A stretch of DNA of 47,889 nt from Candidatus Kaiserbacteria bacterium. Its GTDB lineage: Bacteria; Patescibacteriota; Minisyncoccia; Phycocordibacterales; UBA918. Where the stretch lies: NCBI GenBank assembly GCA_043729945.1, contig JAYTKW010000009.1:1-47889 (forward strand). The letters are read 5' to 3'. Positions 11,941 through 21,745 of the stretch are shown in pieces. Below the pieces are notes generated by a model. It had not been told where the DNA came from, did no database searches, and saw nothing but the letters and a program-made list of their open reading frames with translations. How positions within the stretch are numbered: the first letter of the stretch is position 1; the number at the start of each line of letters is the position of its first letter. The position numbers were made by a program, and so were the translations under genes.

Positions 11941-13875
11941 ATGCAAGAAACATACCAAGGGGTCATAATGATCCGCGGCAAAGGAACGGGATTTGTAAAG
12001 GTGCCGGATAGTGACGAAGATGTGGTGATTGAGCGCGAAAACCTAGGATTTGCCCTTGATGGGGATATTGTTGAAATTAAAATTAAACCGACTCCGGCCG
12101 GCAAGCGCCCCGAGGGCATCGTCACCAATATGGTGGAACGCTCGTTCCGCGAACTAATTGGCGTGGTCAAAGAAAAGGTCATCGGTACGAGTAAACAATT
12201 TTACTTTAGCCCAGACAACCATAGGATTCATGTCCGTCCGCTCCTCCCTACCGCTACGGCAAACGACCTTGATATGAAAGTCGCAGTGGAAATCAGTTCC
12301 TGGACTGATGCCAAAGCCGACCCCATCGCCACCATTATCGAAACCCTCGGACGGGCAGGCGATCACGAAACGGAAATGCAGGCGATTATCAGGTCGGGCG
12401 GGTTTACCAAATCATTCCCCGAGGTCGTCCAACAAGCCGCCCACGATTTGTACGAAAATCGTGAACAGATTTTTAAAGATGCAGTAGCTGATCCAAAACG
12501 ACGTGATATGCGTGGCACTACGACCATGACCATCGACCCGGTTGACGCCAAAGATTTCGACGACGCCCTCTCATTCAAAAAAATGGATAACGGTAACTAC
12601 GAGATCGGCATTCATATTGCCGACGTCTCACACTACGTGCGGGTTGGCGAAGTCCTAGATGACGAAGCTAAAGAACGTGGTACCTCGGTCTATTTGGTCG
12701 ACCGGGTGATTCCGATGTTGCCCGAGGTCCTGAGTAACGACCTCTGTTCACTGCGGCCGAACGAGGACCGACTGGCGTTCTCCGCAGTCTTTGAAATTAC
12801 CCCTGATGCCCAGGTAGTAAACGAGTGGTTCGGGCAGACAATTATCAATTCGGATAAACGTTTCGCCTACGAAGGCGCTCAGGAAGTGCTCGATAATGGC
12901 GCTGGTGAGTATTTCGAAGAACTAACGACTATGATGACCCTCGGGCGAATTCTCCGTAAACGGCGGTATGCGGCTGGTGCCATTGCCTTTGAACAACCAG
13001 AAGTTAAATTTGAATTAAATGAAGCTGGCAAGCCAATTCGCGCGTACAAGAAAGAACGCGTGGAGACCATGCTCATGATTGAAGATTTTATGCTGCTCGC
13101 CAATCAACACGTGGCTAAACATGTAGACACACTCGCCAAGCAATACCACCGCGATTTGGTCTACGTCTATCGTATTCACGACGTTCCTAATCCAGACAAA
13201 ATTGAAGAACTCGCTATTTTCCTCCATGCCCTTGGGTACGAGTTTGAAACGAATAAAGGCGTAGTCAAAGCCGGCGAAATTAATCGCCTCCTCAAGGACA
13301 TCGTCGGTACACCCGAAGAGAACCTCATCAAAACAGCCGCCATTCGTTCGATGGCCAAGGCGGTCTATTCAACCCGGAACATTGGTCACTTTGGGCTAGC
13401 GTTTAAATTCTACAGTCACTTTACGTCGCCAATTCGCCGGTACCCTGACCTCCTCGCCCACAGACTACTCCGTCAGCATCTCGATAACGTAAACCTCGGC
13501 AATGGAGCTGGTGCCAAGTACGAAGCCATGGCCGTTAAATCGTCACAACGTGAAGGCGAAGCCGTCAAAGCCGAACGTGACTCAATCAAATTCAAACAAG
13601 TAGAATTTATGGCCGGCAAAGTTGGTACTGAATTCCCGGCCATCATTACTGGTGTCACTGACTGGGGTGTCTATGTCCAAGAACAAGAAGCTCTGTGCGA
13701 AGGTATGGTCAAACTATCGAGCATCCGCGGCGACTTCTACGAACATCAAGCCACCAAGTATCAGATTCGTGGCCAACGAACAGGTAAAGTCTACCGTTTA
13801 GGTGACAGTGTCCGCGTCAAACTGGTCAAAGCCGACGCAGAAGAACGCCAATTAGATTTTGAAATGGTTGTTTAA
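11941..13875 (+). CDS. rnr: ribonuclease R
   Basis: TIDPVDAKDFDDA, HFTSPIRRYPDL, C-terminal S1 domain; start placed at 11941, 7 nt after TATACT. Confidence 0.95.
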   Translation: MQETYQGVIMIRGKGTGFVKVPDSDEDVVIERENLGFALDGDIVEIKIKPTPAGKRPEGIVTNMVERSFRELIGVVKEKVIGTSKQFYFSPDNHRIHVRPLLPTATANDLDMKVAVEISSWTDAKADPIATIIETLGRAGDHETEMQAIIRSGGFTKSFPEVVQQAAHDLYENREQIFKDAVADPKRRDMRGTTTMTIDPVDAKDFDDALSFKKMDNGNYEIGIHIADVSHYVRVGEVLDDEAKERGTSVYLVDRVIPMLPEVLSNDLCSLRPNEDRLAFSAVFEITPDAQVVNEWFGQTIINSDKRFAYEGAQEVLDNGAGEYFEELTTMMTLGRILRKRRYAAGAIAFEQPEVKFELNEAGKPIRAYKKERVETMLMIEDFMLLANQHVAKHVDTLAKQYHRDLVYVYRIHDVPNPDKIEELAIFLHALGYEFETNKGVVKAGEINRLLKDIVGTPEENLIKTAAIRSMAKAVYSTRNIGHFGLAFKFYSHFTSPIRRYPDLLAHRLLRQHLDNVNLGNGAGAKYEAMAVKSSQREGEAVKAERDSIKFKQVEFMAGKVGTEFPAIITGVTDWGVYVQEQEALCEGMVKLSSIRGDFYEHQATKYQIRGQRTGKVYRLGDSVRVKLVKADAEERQLDFEMVV

Positions 13876-13954
13876 TGAAGAGAGAAAAGAGAATAAAGAA
13901 AATTGAAAAGAAGAACGAACAAAGTTTTAATCAGATTGAAAAGACGCAGTAAAG

Positions 13955-13987
13955 CAAATCCACTTACCATACTGGTGAGTGGATTTG
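13955..13987. terminator. hairpin after rnr
   Basis: CAAATCCACTTACCA-tac-TGGTGAGTGGATTTG. Confidence 0.55.
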
Positions 13988-14193
13988 TAATACTTTTACC
14001 TTTGTTTCGTCAGTAGTTGTATATGAAGTTTATGCAAAAATTATCGCGCTCGCTTGCTCGGAAAATGAGCTCGTTCTATCAGACAATTTCCCAGTCAGGC
14101 AAAATCAACCTGAACCACGACTACGCCACCCGCGGCCGCTTTTACTACTTTCCAGAGTTTTAGTTTTTTTCTAAACTATTTGATTAACTATTG

Positions 14194-15108
14194 TTACTTG
14201 TTGAAGTTCTCATCAACAGCATCCTGATGTCCATAGACTTTGGGAGTGTAGGTCATACTGTCTTCTTTGTACCATTCGATAATTCCCTGACTTTTGGCTT
14301 CTTGCGACAAAAAGAGAAACACATCGTAGCCGCTACACACATCAGATTCCTCACCAATACGTGATGATTCCTTGCGAGTTGGAAATTCCGCAGCGAACCA
14401 AATAATCAAACGAGCCAACGTCCCCATCCCTGCATTGTAGGCATTTATCAATATCGGTGCGAGAAACTGTGTCATAAACAACTGACTGTCTCCCCCAAAG
14501 TATTCGCGAGTAATGAGCTCAATTTCTGGTTTACAGGTAGTAGTAATATGCAGATATTCTTGTTCAACTAATCTGGCAGCGACTTTTGCTACATCAGCAA
14601 CCGATTCAGGCAATTCACCATCACGTGAATGCTCTGCCCAAGTTTCTGGCATTAACTGCAAACAACTAAAAGCTTTTGATGATTCGTTAAAGGCATCTAC
14701 ATCTAAACGCGACTCAGTGACAGCGATGCCAATTATTTTCGACTCTAATTCGCCGCGTAGCGGTTGTGGAATATTAGGCAGTAAAAAATTTGCCTGTAGT
14801 TCAGCTATTATTTCAATTTCCTCTAAAATTACGGGCATATCCGGCTTTAGTAACTCTTTGTATTCAACAGTTGCCTTTTTAAAAGAGCCTGAATCTGATT
14901 CAGTAACGAGATGCTCAACATCACCAAAAGTTTCAGGGCCCGCCAAAGATTCAGGTTTATCAAAATCTGTCGCTCTTTTCAAATTATCCAAATCAATTTT
15001 TTCTGTATGATCTAGGACAGATTTACCTGCCACTAAGGCTACTACCCCAACGCCTAAAATCGCAATAGCATTTCGCCTGGTGATCTTTTCATTGGAGAGT
15101 TTTTCCAT
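14194..15108 (-). CDS. SLT/lytic transglycosylase-domain protein, membrane anchored
   Basis: AVTES...LQLMPETW...AYNAG lysozyme-fold motifs; N-terminal TRRN plus hydrophobic helix; start placed at 15108. Confidence 0.75.
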   Translation of the reverse strand: MEKLSNEKITRRNAIAILGVGVVALVAGKSVLDHTEKIDLDNLKRATDFDKPESLAGPETFGDVEHLVTESDSGSFKKATVEYKELLKPDMPVILEEIEIIAELQANFLLPNIPQPLRGELESKIIGIAVTESRLDVDAFNESSKAFSCLQLMPETWAEHSRDGELPESVADVAKVAARLVEQEYLHITTTCKPEIELITREYFGGDSQLFMTQFLAPILINAYNAGMGTLARLIIWFAAEFPTRKESSRIGEESDVCSGYDVFLFLSQEAKSQGIIEWYKEDSMTYTPKVYGHQDAVDENFNK

Positions 15109-15213
15109 ATCCAAAAGTATATCATCTCTGATTTGATTATCTTGAAACTGTACATTTTGGCGCGATATGTCATTATAAAAATGTTCCGCCCAAACAGATG
15201 AAAGGAGCTGGGG

Positions 15214-15510
15214 ATGGGAAACGTTCTTAATCAACAACACGATCCACCAAGACTCTGGGAGATAAGACTATTTGGACACATCACGGATGTTGAAATAGCA
15301 GTCGAAGCAGTGATAGACAGCCAACAAGAGGTCTACTGCTCACACACTATCATGGTCGGAGACACTGACGAAACTGAAGACTTGGCGACGGCTGAAATTA
15401 GTCTCCGACTAAAGGACGAAACGATGATATTATTGGTGGAATCAATTCTTGACGACGACCACCAAAATGTCAGAATAATATACAACGGGGAGAAGAGACG
15501 TGACCTGTAA
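15214..15510 (+). CDS. hypothetical acidic protein
   Basis: 98-aa ORF with AAAGGAG SD. Confidence 0.6.
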   Translation: MGNVLNQQHDPPRLWEIRLFGHITDVEIAVEAVIDSQQEVYCSHTIMVGDTDETEDLATAEISLRLKDETMILLVESILDDDHQNVRIIYNGEKRRDL

Positions 15511-15801
15511 ATATCTGCAGGACAGAAGCTTGGGCACACATTTTGGTACTAAACCGAAACGCCCAAGCTTTTATAATTTAGATTGAAATACAATCGAGTG
15601 ATAATTTTAGAGGTTAGAGTAATACCAACGAGTACAGGTTCCAGAACTTTTGCCTAGGGAGGGCAAAAGTTGGAACGAAGTTCGACTGTTGGCTTCGGGG
15701 ACTGAAGTTACTGTTTTGGAGTTGATGTTCCAGCGATTGGCTCTAGGAAAGAGCCCATCTAGAACAAAATTCGCCATTGTCGCTACGCTCTGTGGCTCAT
15801 T

Positions 15802-18060
15802 TTATTTCGCTACCGCCACCGCCTCGTCAAACTTCACTGATAATAGTTTTGAGACACCGTCACTACCCATCGTCACTCCGTACAAAATACCGGCGCGGCT
15901 CATGGTTTCGCGATTGTGGGTGATGAGGATTAGTTGTGATTTTTGGGCTAATGCCGTAATCATATCGCCATAGCGGCGACTGTTGGCTTCGTCCAAGGCC
16001 GCATCTGTTTCATCGAGAATAATAAATAGTGGCGGGTTCACCTGACTCATGGCGAAAATGAGCGCGATTGACGTTAAGGCGCGTTCGCCGCCGGAAAGCA
16101 TTTCGAGCCCTTTAACTCTCTTGTTGGGTAACGAGACATCAAGTTCGACTCCTTCTTGACTCCCCTCTTCATCTGCGGCGGTGACATCTCCGGTGACTTC
16201 ATCTACAATTTTAGTCTTTGGCTTTACTCGCTTAAGCTCGGCCTTGCCTCCGCCGAACATCAGGACAAAAAACCTGTTGAACTCGGTACCAATTTTTTCA
16301 ATCCCGGCCACAAACTGTTCATTTAATTGTTCATTTAATTCTACAATCAGCGCTTCCAATTTAGACACCGATTCTTCCAAATCAGCAATTTCTCGGGCGA
16401 GGAACGCGTCACGTTCTTCGGCGTCTTTGTATTCTTTGAGGACATCAACAGTAGTGCCGATACCCAATTCCTCGAGCCTGATTTTCAATTTTTCCAGTTG
16501 GCGCTGCCGCTCATGCTGGACACTACGGTCTTCATTTACAATGTTCTCTACTGAAGCGGCGACACCATCAACAATAATTTCAAAGTTGAAATACTGGGCG
16601 GCGGCACTTTGTATTAGCGACACCGCCTCTTGCAGTTCCCGTTTAAAATCTGTTCGGTCTCGTTCAAGCACAGCCAGTTCGCGATCAATTCGTTCAATTT
16701 CCACTTCTACCACTCGTTGTTCACCAACGATTGCAAACACGGCTCGTTCAGCATCACGACTACTCGTCGCTTCGGCTTCAATGGCCTTACGGACCGCATC
16801 ATACGCCAATTGAGCAGTTGACTCGCGCGACTGGGCAGCGGCGTGCGTTTCTACCAATTCTGCTTGTTGGTGTGTGAGGGTAGTCAATTCGACTTCTTCA
16901 GCCTTGGTATCCTGAAGCTGCGTGGGTTCGGTGCGTTTGATAAAAATGCGCAGCGCATGGACAATGTCGGACAACGCTCGTTTGAGCTGATCTACGTCCT
17001 CACGCTTGATAGCTTTTTCTACATCTGATTCGATACTCGCCAGCATCTCTTCGTAAGACGCTACGGTAATGAATTGGGTGGCGGTAGTTGGTTTTTGCTG
17101 TTGCTTTTGAGCAATCCGATTTTTTAAATAGGTAACTTGGCCTTCAAGTTGACTAAGCGAACGCAACGCTATCTGCCGACTGGTCCGCGCCTGAGCCAGC
17201 GCTTCTTCGGCTTCGCTGACTTCAGTATTGCCTGATTTGTTTTCGGCTTGGCGGAGGATATTTTTTGCTTCGGACAATTTAACTGCTAAATCGTCACGCT
17301 TTTGCGCGGGGTTACGGCGAGCCGCTGTTAGTCTATCAACATGATGTGCGATATACGTATCTTCGCGCTTTAGATATTCGGCATAGATGGTTTTAAGTTC
17401 CGCTTGGACTTGGAGTGATTTTTCAACTCGAGCCACTTGTTTCTTTAAATACGCTAAATGCGGGGCGTGTTCACGGCGTAGGGACTGTACCTGTTCGATA
17501 TTTTGTTTGGTCTTGTCTAACTTCTTCTCTGCTTCGTTCTTTTTATATTGATAGACTTTGAGTCCGAGGGCATCCTCGATCATTTCACGGCGCTCGCGAC
17601 CGGTAGCGGACAAAATCCGATCAGCCTCGCCTTGGGAAATGATATGGTGGCCGGTAGACCCAATATTGGCAGCAGCAAGTAATTCCTGCACGTCCTTGAG
17701 ACGAACTGAGGAATCATTAATCAAATATTCATTTTGCCCATCACGATGCACGACCCGTTCAATTTTAATCGTATCAAAATCAAGCGCAAATACCCGTTTA
17801 GTATTATCGAGCTCCACAATTACCGACGCTCGGTTTCCTCGCGACACCGATTCCGAACCACCCCAAATCAAATCTTCACCGCGTTTACCACGCAATGATT
17901 TTACCGACTGCTCACCGAGAACAAACCGGAACGCTTCGGCCACGTTACTCTTGCCCGAACCGTTAGGCCCTACAATCGAAGTAATCGGCGCCGAAAATTC
18001 CAACTCGCTTTTTTTAGCGAAGGATTTAAAGCCATTAATCGTAAGTTCCTGGAGGTACAT
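15802..18060 (-). CDS. smc: SMC-family ATPase (short, ~750 aa)
   Basis: GFKSF, Walker A GPNGSGKSN, LSGGE signature, ILDETDAALD, ITH; coiled coils. Confidence 0.92.
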   Translation of the reverse strand: MYLQELTINGFKSFAKKSELEFSAPITSIVGPNGSGKSNVAEAFRFVLGEQSVKSLRGKRGEDLIWGGSESVSRGNRASVIVELDNTKRVFALDFDTIKIERVVHRDGQNEYLINDSSVRLKDVQELLAAANIGSTGHHIISQGEADRILSATGRERREMIEDALGLKVYQYKKNEAEKKLDKTKQNIEQVQSLRREHAPHLAYLKKQVARVEKSLQVQAELKTIYAEYLKREDTYIAHHVDRLTAARRNPAQKRDDLAVKLSEAKNILRQAENKSGNTEVSEAEEALAQARTSRQIALRSLSQLEGQVTYLKNRIAQKQQQKPTTATQFITVASYEEMLASIESDVEKAIKREDVDQLKRALSDIVHALRIFIKRTEPTQLQDTKAEEVELTTLTHQQAELVETHAAAQSRESTAQLAYDAVRKAIEAEATSSRDAERAVFAIVGEQRVVEVEIERIDRELAVLERDRTDFKRELQEAVSLIQSAAAQYFNFEIIVDGVAASVENIVNEDRSVQHERQRQLEKLKIRLEELGIGTTVDVLKEYKDAEERDAFLAREIADLEESVSKLEALIVELNEQLNEQFVAGIEKIGTEFNRFFVLMFGGGKAELKRVKPKTKIVDEVTGDVTAADEEGSQEGVELDVSLPNKRVKGLEMLSGGERALTSIALIFAMSQVNPPLFIILDETDAALDEANSRRYGDMITALAQKSQLILITHNRETMSRAGILYGVTMGSDGVSKLLSVKFDEAVAVAK

Positions 18061-18068
18061 CTTAACAA

Positions 18069-18650
18069 TTACCAACAACCTGCGTTCCGTGAATAAACTG
18101 CGTACACATTTTTTTCACTGTCTGGCATTTCAGTATAGGTACAGGTAGTCACAAAACGTGAAAATTCTTCACCTACTGTAGTGATTAGTTTTGTCTCTAC
18201 ATTATGATGAGATAAAATTTTATATTGCGTACGGGTACTATTACTGGTATACACATACCCAGTATTAATTTTAGTTGAACCGATTTCACTCGGAAGTTTT
18301 GCTATAAAATCTGGCACCAATCCTAAAATATAGGTTCCGGGGCAAGGCTCAACAGCAGTGGAGGTGTAATCCGCTTCAGAACCGGCCCATTGCGGTCCTG
18401 TGGGAACTCCTCCTATTCCAGCAATACCACAACCAGGATCAGGATAGACACCGTTCTGCGCTTTATACAATTCAATCGCCACTTGCAGACTCTTGAGATC
18501 AGTTTGACGAATGTTATCTCGGGCAATTTTGCGAGACTCACCTAAACTGGCGTAGACGATAGTAGACAGGATGCCAATAATTCCAATGGCCACCATAAGC
18601 TCAACTAGGGTAAAACCAAAAATATTTTGTATATGTCTTTTTTTTCTCAT
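18069..18650 (-). CDS. type IV pilin / GspG-like pseudopilin
   Basis: Class III signal G|FTLVELMVAIGIIGILSTIV, RDNIRQTDLKSLQVAIELY, Cys residues. Confidence 0.9.
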   Translation of the reverse strand: MRKKRHIQNIFGFTLVELMVAIGIIGILSTIVYASLGESRKIARDNIRQTDLKSLQVAIELYKAQNGVYPDPGCGIAGIGGVPTGPQWAGSEADYTSTAVEPCPGTYILGLVPDFIAKLPSEIGSTKINTGYVYTSNSTRTQYKILSHHNVETKLITTVGEEFSRFVTTCTYTEMPDSEKNVYAVYSRNAGCW

Positions 18651-18654
18651 AAAT

Positions 18655-19242
18655 TTATCTACAAATAATACCACGAGTAGCAGCCATAACAGTTGATGAT
18701 GACGCACCATCTACACCTGCATACCCACCCCATACACCATATGAAGCCAGGAAACGAGGATTCGGCGCAGCACAAGCATTATAGGGAGGCGCCGGACATA
18801 ACACCGAGTCACAAACTGCAAATGGATGTTCGTCTGTTAAGGAATCGGTTTCAACAGTATTCCAAGCAATTAGTTTATAAACAGTACCAACTGCATTTAC
18901 TGTATATGAATAGCCATTATCTGTACCTAGCGCTTTATCAGTAGGTAATCTATCAATAAATTCTGGAGCAAGCCCGACTATATAAGCATTAGGAGATTCA
19001 ACCTCGGTTGACCAATTATCACCATTGGGGTTTGGTCCCATATCAGGATATGTTCCATTTTTTTTCTTATACGACTCAACGGCATTTTGCAGATTACGTA
19101 AATCTGACTGCCGTTCAACATCGCGTCCACGTTTACTCGCAGCGGCCATATTCGTCAAAACAATCGTAGATAAAATACCAATTATACTAATAGTCACCAC
19201 CAACTCAAGTATTGTAAATCCCCGAACTTTAGAAAATCTCAT
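18655..19242 (-). CDS. type IV pilin / GspG-like pseudopilin
   Basis: G|FTILELVVTISIIGILSTIV, RDVERQSDLRNLQNAVESY. Confidence 0.9.
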   Translation of the reverse strand: MRFSKVRGFTILELVVTISIIGILSTIVLTNMAAASKRGRDVERQSDLRNLQNAVESYKKKNGTYPDMGPNPNGDNWSTEVESPNAYIVGLAPEFIDRLPTDKALGTDNGYSYTVNAVGTVYKLIAWNTVETDSLTDEHPFAVCDSVLCPAPPYNACAAPNPRFLASYGVWGGYAGVDGASSSTVMAATRGIICR

Positions 19243-19340
19243 TTTTAAATTATATCACAGCAAACTTTAAGTCCGCTTCTAGCAAGTTTATAATTTTATC
19301 TATAACTACCAGGTGTTACTAGGAAATTCATCTACTGAAA

Positions 19341-20057
19341 CTAATCTAGAGACCAGCCTCTGGCCACAAGTCCACGTTCCGCCGCCACTTGTTCCGCTTC
19401 TTGCTTACTTTGACCTTCACCCTCAGCGATTTTCTCTGAGCGAAGAAAAACGCCGATAGTAAACACTCGGTCGTGATCGGGGCCTGACTGACCCAACATA
19501 GTGTAGGTTGGCGTAACTGATGCGTGTTCTTGAGCTAATTCCTGGAACCGACTCTTGGCATCTTGCCATAATTTTTTACGCACAATCTCGTCGGTTTTCG
19601 GAAACAGCTCCCGTGAAATAAACCCGCGTGCTATTTCAAATCCCTGATCCAAATACATCGCTCCGATAAAGGCCTCAAATACGTTAGCAAGAATGTACTG
19701 CCGCGCCCGTCCTTCGTCTTTGGCTTCGCCTTTACTCATCAGTAAATATTGATTGACTCCGAGAGCCTCGGCTGACGCGGAGAGCGATACGGTATTAACA
19801 AGAGCCGCTCGAATAGCCGTCAATTCCCCCTCGGGTTTATCGGGGTAGGCTTTAAACAGAAAATCAGTCACTACCAGTTCAAGGACTGCATCCCCCAAAA
19901 ATTCCAACCGTTCATTATGGTCTTGGGTCGCCCCCCGGTGCTCGTTCAAATACGACCGATGAGTAATCGCCGATAGTAAAAGCTGCTTATCAATAAACGT
20001 CACCCCCACAATTGTTTCCAGTATCGCTAAATCCGCCTCAATAGTACGTGCATCCAT
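19341..20057 (-). CDS. rnc: ribonuclease III
   Basis: NERLEFLGDAVL signature and dsRBD. Confidence 0.98.
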   Translation of the reverse strand: MDARTIEADLAILETIVGVTFIDKQLLLSAITHRSYLNEHRGATQDHNERLEFLGDAVLELVVTDFLFKAYPDKPEGELTAIRAALVNTVSLSASAEALGVNQYLLMSKGEAKDEGRARQYILANVFEAFIGAMYLDQGFEIARGFISRELFPKTDEIVRKKLWQDAKSRFQELAQEHASVTPTYTMLGQSGPDHDRVFTIGVFLRSEKIAEGEGQSKQEAEQVAAERGLVARGWSLD

Positions 20058-20083
20058 ATAATAAGTTAAAATTGTGTCCGATA

Positions 20084-20208
20084 TAGAATTTCTAGAAATG
20101 AGTGCAATACAAGGCGTCCAAGGAAAATGTGACGAGCCGTACAGAACGTACGGTGAGGAGTATTTTACCGCCGGACAACGCAGTAGTGCGCCATTTATAG
20201 GAATTCTA
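20084..20208 (+). repeat. structured repeat family A, copy 2 (just after nusB stop)
   Basis: ATACAAGGCG...GAGCCGTAC-agaac-GTACGGTGA...CAACGCAGTA; closing stem TAGAATTTCTAGAAATG/CATTTATAGGAATTCTA. Confidence 0.85.
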
Positions 20209-20212
20209 GCAC

Positions 20213-21115
20213 CTAAGTGCTCTTTCTGCTAACTAGCATGGTGATGGCCTTAGTCACAATCGGCAGAATATCCTCATAGAAATTGAGGTCGAGGATTTCC
20301 GCAACTTTGAACCACTGACCATCATCGAGCCCACCCTTTTGCTCCATTTGGATAGTGGTGTAGGGCGATTGGGCGAGGAAATAGTGGACTTGTTTACGTA
20401 CTTTGCCTTTTTCGGGATGAGTGGCGATGTATTCATTATTCCCGAGTTCGGCTTCAATAGTGATGTCTAGTCCCATTTCTGACTTAAGTGAACGCCTGGC
20501 CCCAAATTCCAACTCCTCTCCTTCCTCTATTTTGCCTTTGGATAGTGTCCAGTGACCGAAAATATCGTGTACCAGAGCCAGATACATATAACCATCAGCT
20601 TCAGCATAGACCACAGCGCCCGCCAAGCGTTCAATCGGCATTTCATTAAACGGCACATCTTTCTTGCGTTTTTTGCCGATCTCTTCTTTACCAGGCTCAC
20701 CAATTTCTTTGTACACCGCACCCAGTACGCCGTTTACAAACCGACTACTATTGTCCCCGCCAAATTGTTTAGCCAACTCAATAGCTTCATTAATCGCGAC
20801 TTTAGCAGGTACTTCCTTACGATCAGAGAATAACAGCTCGTAGAGCCCGAGGCGTAGAATATTACGATCAACTGGTGAAATACGATCAATTGGCCACTCG
20901 GGCGCGGCTTTCTCAATTACTAAATCCAGCTCTGGCTGCTTGCCTAAAATACCCGAGAGTAAATTATCCATAAACGGACGATCAGTTTTGTTCGGGGCGA
21001 ACTCTTCTATATTTCTATCTAAAACTTCTCCTACCGCCTTGCGGTCTATAGCATTTAAATCCCACTCAAAAAGTGATTGAAGAACGATACTGCGTGACAG
21101 ATGTCTGTTGGCCAT
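20213..21115 (-). CDS. nusB: transcription antitermination factor NusB fused to Nudix-like domain
   Basis: VDRNILRLG...KVAINEAIELAKQFG...FVNGVLG, followed by KGKIEEGE...ARRSLKSEMGL. Confidence 0.93.
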   Translation of the reverse strand: MANRHLSRSIVLQSLFEWDLNAIDRKAVGEVLDRNIEEFAPNKTDRPFMDNLLSGILGKQPELDLVIEKAAPEWPIDRISPVDRNILRLGLYELLFSDRKEVPAKVAINEAIELAKQFGGDNSSRFVNGVLGAVYKEIGEPGKEEIGKKRKKDVPFNEMPIERLAGAVVYAEADGYMYLALVHDIFGHWTLSKGKIEEGEELEFGARRSLKSEMGLDITIEAELGNNEYIATHPEKGKVRKQVHYFLAQSPYTTIQMEQKGGLDDGQWFKVAEILDLNFYEDILPIVTKAITMLVSRKST

Positions 21116-21187
21116 AAAATATAATGTACTAAACTACTACTGACGAGAGTATACCGCATTAAGAGCAAAGTGGTGAGTATTATCCAC

Positions 21188-21209
21188 AAAAAACCGCACC
21201 GAGGTGCGG
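21188..21209 (-). terminator. intrinsic terminator after rpmF
   Basis: CCGCAC-ctcg-GTGCGG followed by a T run on the minus strand. Confidence 0.65.
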
Positions 21210-21217
21210 AATCTTTG

Positions 21218-21493
21218 TTACTTGGCCGTTTCTACTGGAGTAGTATCTGATGTACTGCCAGCCTGAGCACCAATCGCTTCTCGCTTGGCTGCCATTCGGT
21301 CAGCTCGTTCTTTGTGCTTGGCGGCTAGGTCAATCACTACGCGACCATTATAAAATCCACAATTTAGACACATGTGGTGTGGGCGGTGGTGACCACCACA
21401 GTTTTTACACACAGCCATTTCAGGACTCTTAAGAGCGTGATGTGACCGGCGATTGGCGGTGTGTGACCGCGTGTGACGCATTCGAATTACCAT
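21218..21493 (-). CDS. rpmF: 50S ribosomal protein L32
   Basis: RHTRSHTANRRSH...CKNCG...PHHMCLNCGFYNG; start placed at 21493. Confidence 0.95.
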   Translation of the reverse strand: MVIRMRHTRSHTANRRSHHALKSPEMAVCKNCGGHHRPHHMCLNCGFYNGRVVIDLAAKHKERADRMAAKREAIGAQAGSTSDTTPVETAK

Positions 21494-21705
21494 AGTGGCG
21501 CAACTATAGCAGATTGACAGAAAAACGCAACCATTTTGACGAAAGTAGAGGAAAACCCACACTCCAGTGATATCTGACTCTAGCATCCTTATACCACCAT
21601 CTATATTTTGCGAAACGTCCTCGTTCCGAGCATTCTCGCTGTGGATGTTTCGCAGAATATGGCTGGCATCCAGGACTATCGTGAGGAGTTATTTTTAGGC
21701 ATTGG

Positions 21706-21733
21706 AAAAGGCGGGGTGTAAAACCCGCCCTTT
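21706..21733. terminator. terminator hairpin
   Basis: AAAAGGCGGG...CCCGCCCTTT. Confidence 0.55.
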
Positions 21734-21745
21734 AGACCCAGCTTG

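Noticed and set aside
14023-14163. 46-codon ORF MKFMQKLSRSLARK...YYFPEF
   Set aside because: No SD or recognisable motif; cannot be supported without homologues.
18638-19065. A8 tracts in pilin genes as phase-variation sites
   Set aside because: Short tracts encoding Lys runs in AT-rich genes; both frames are intact.
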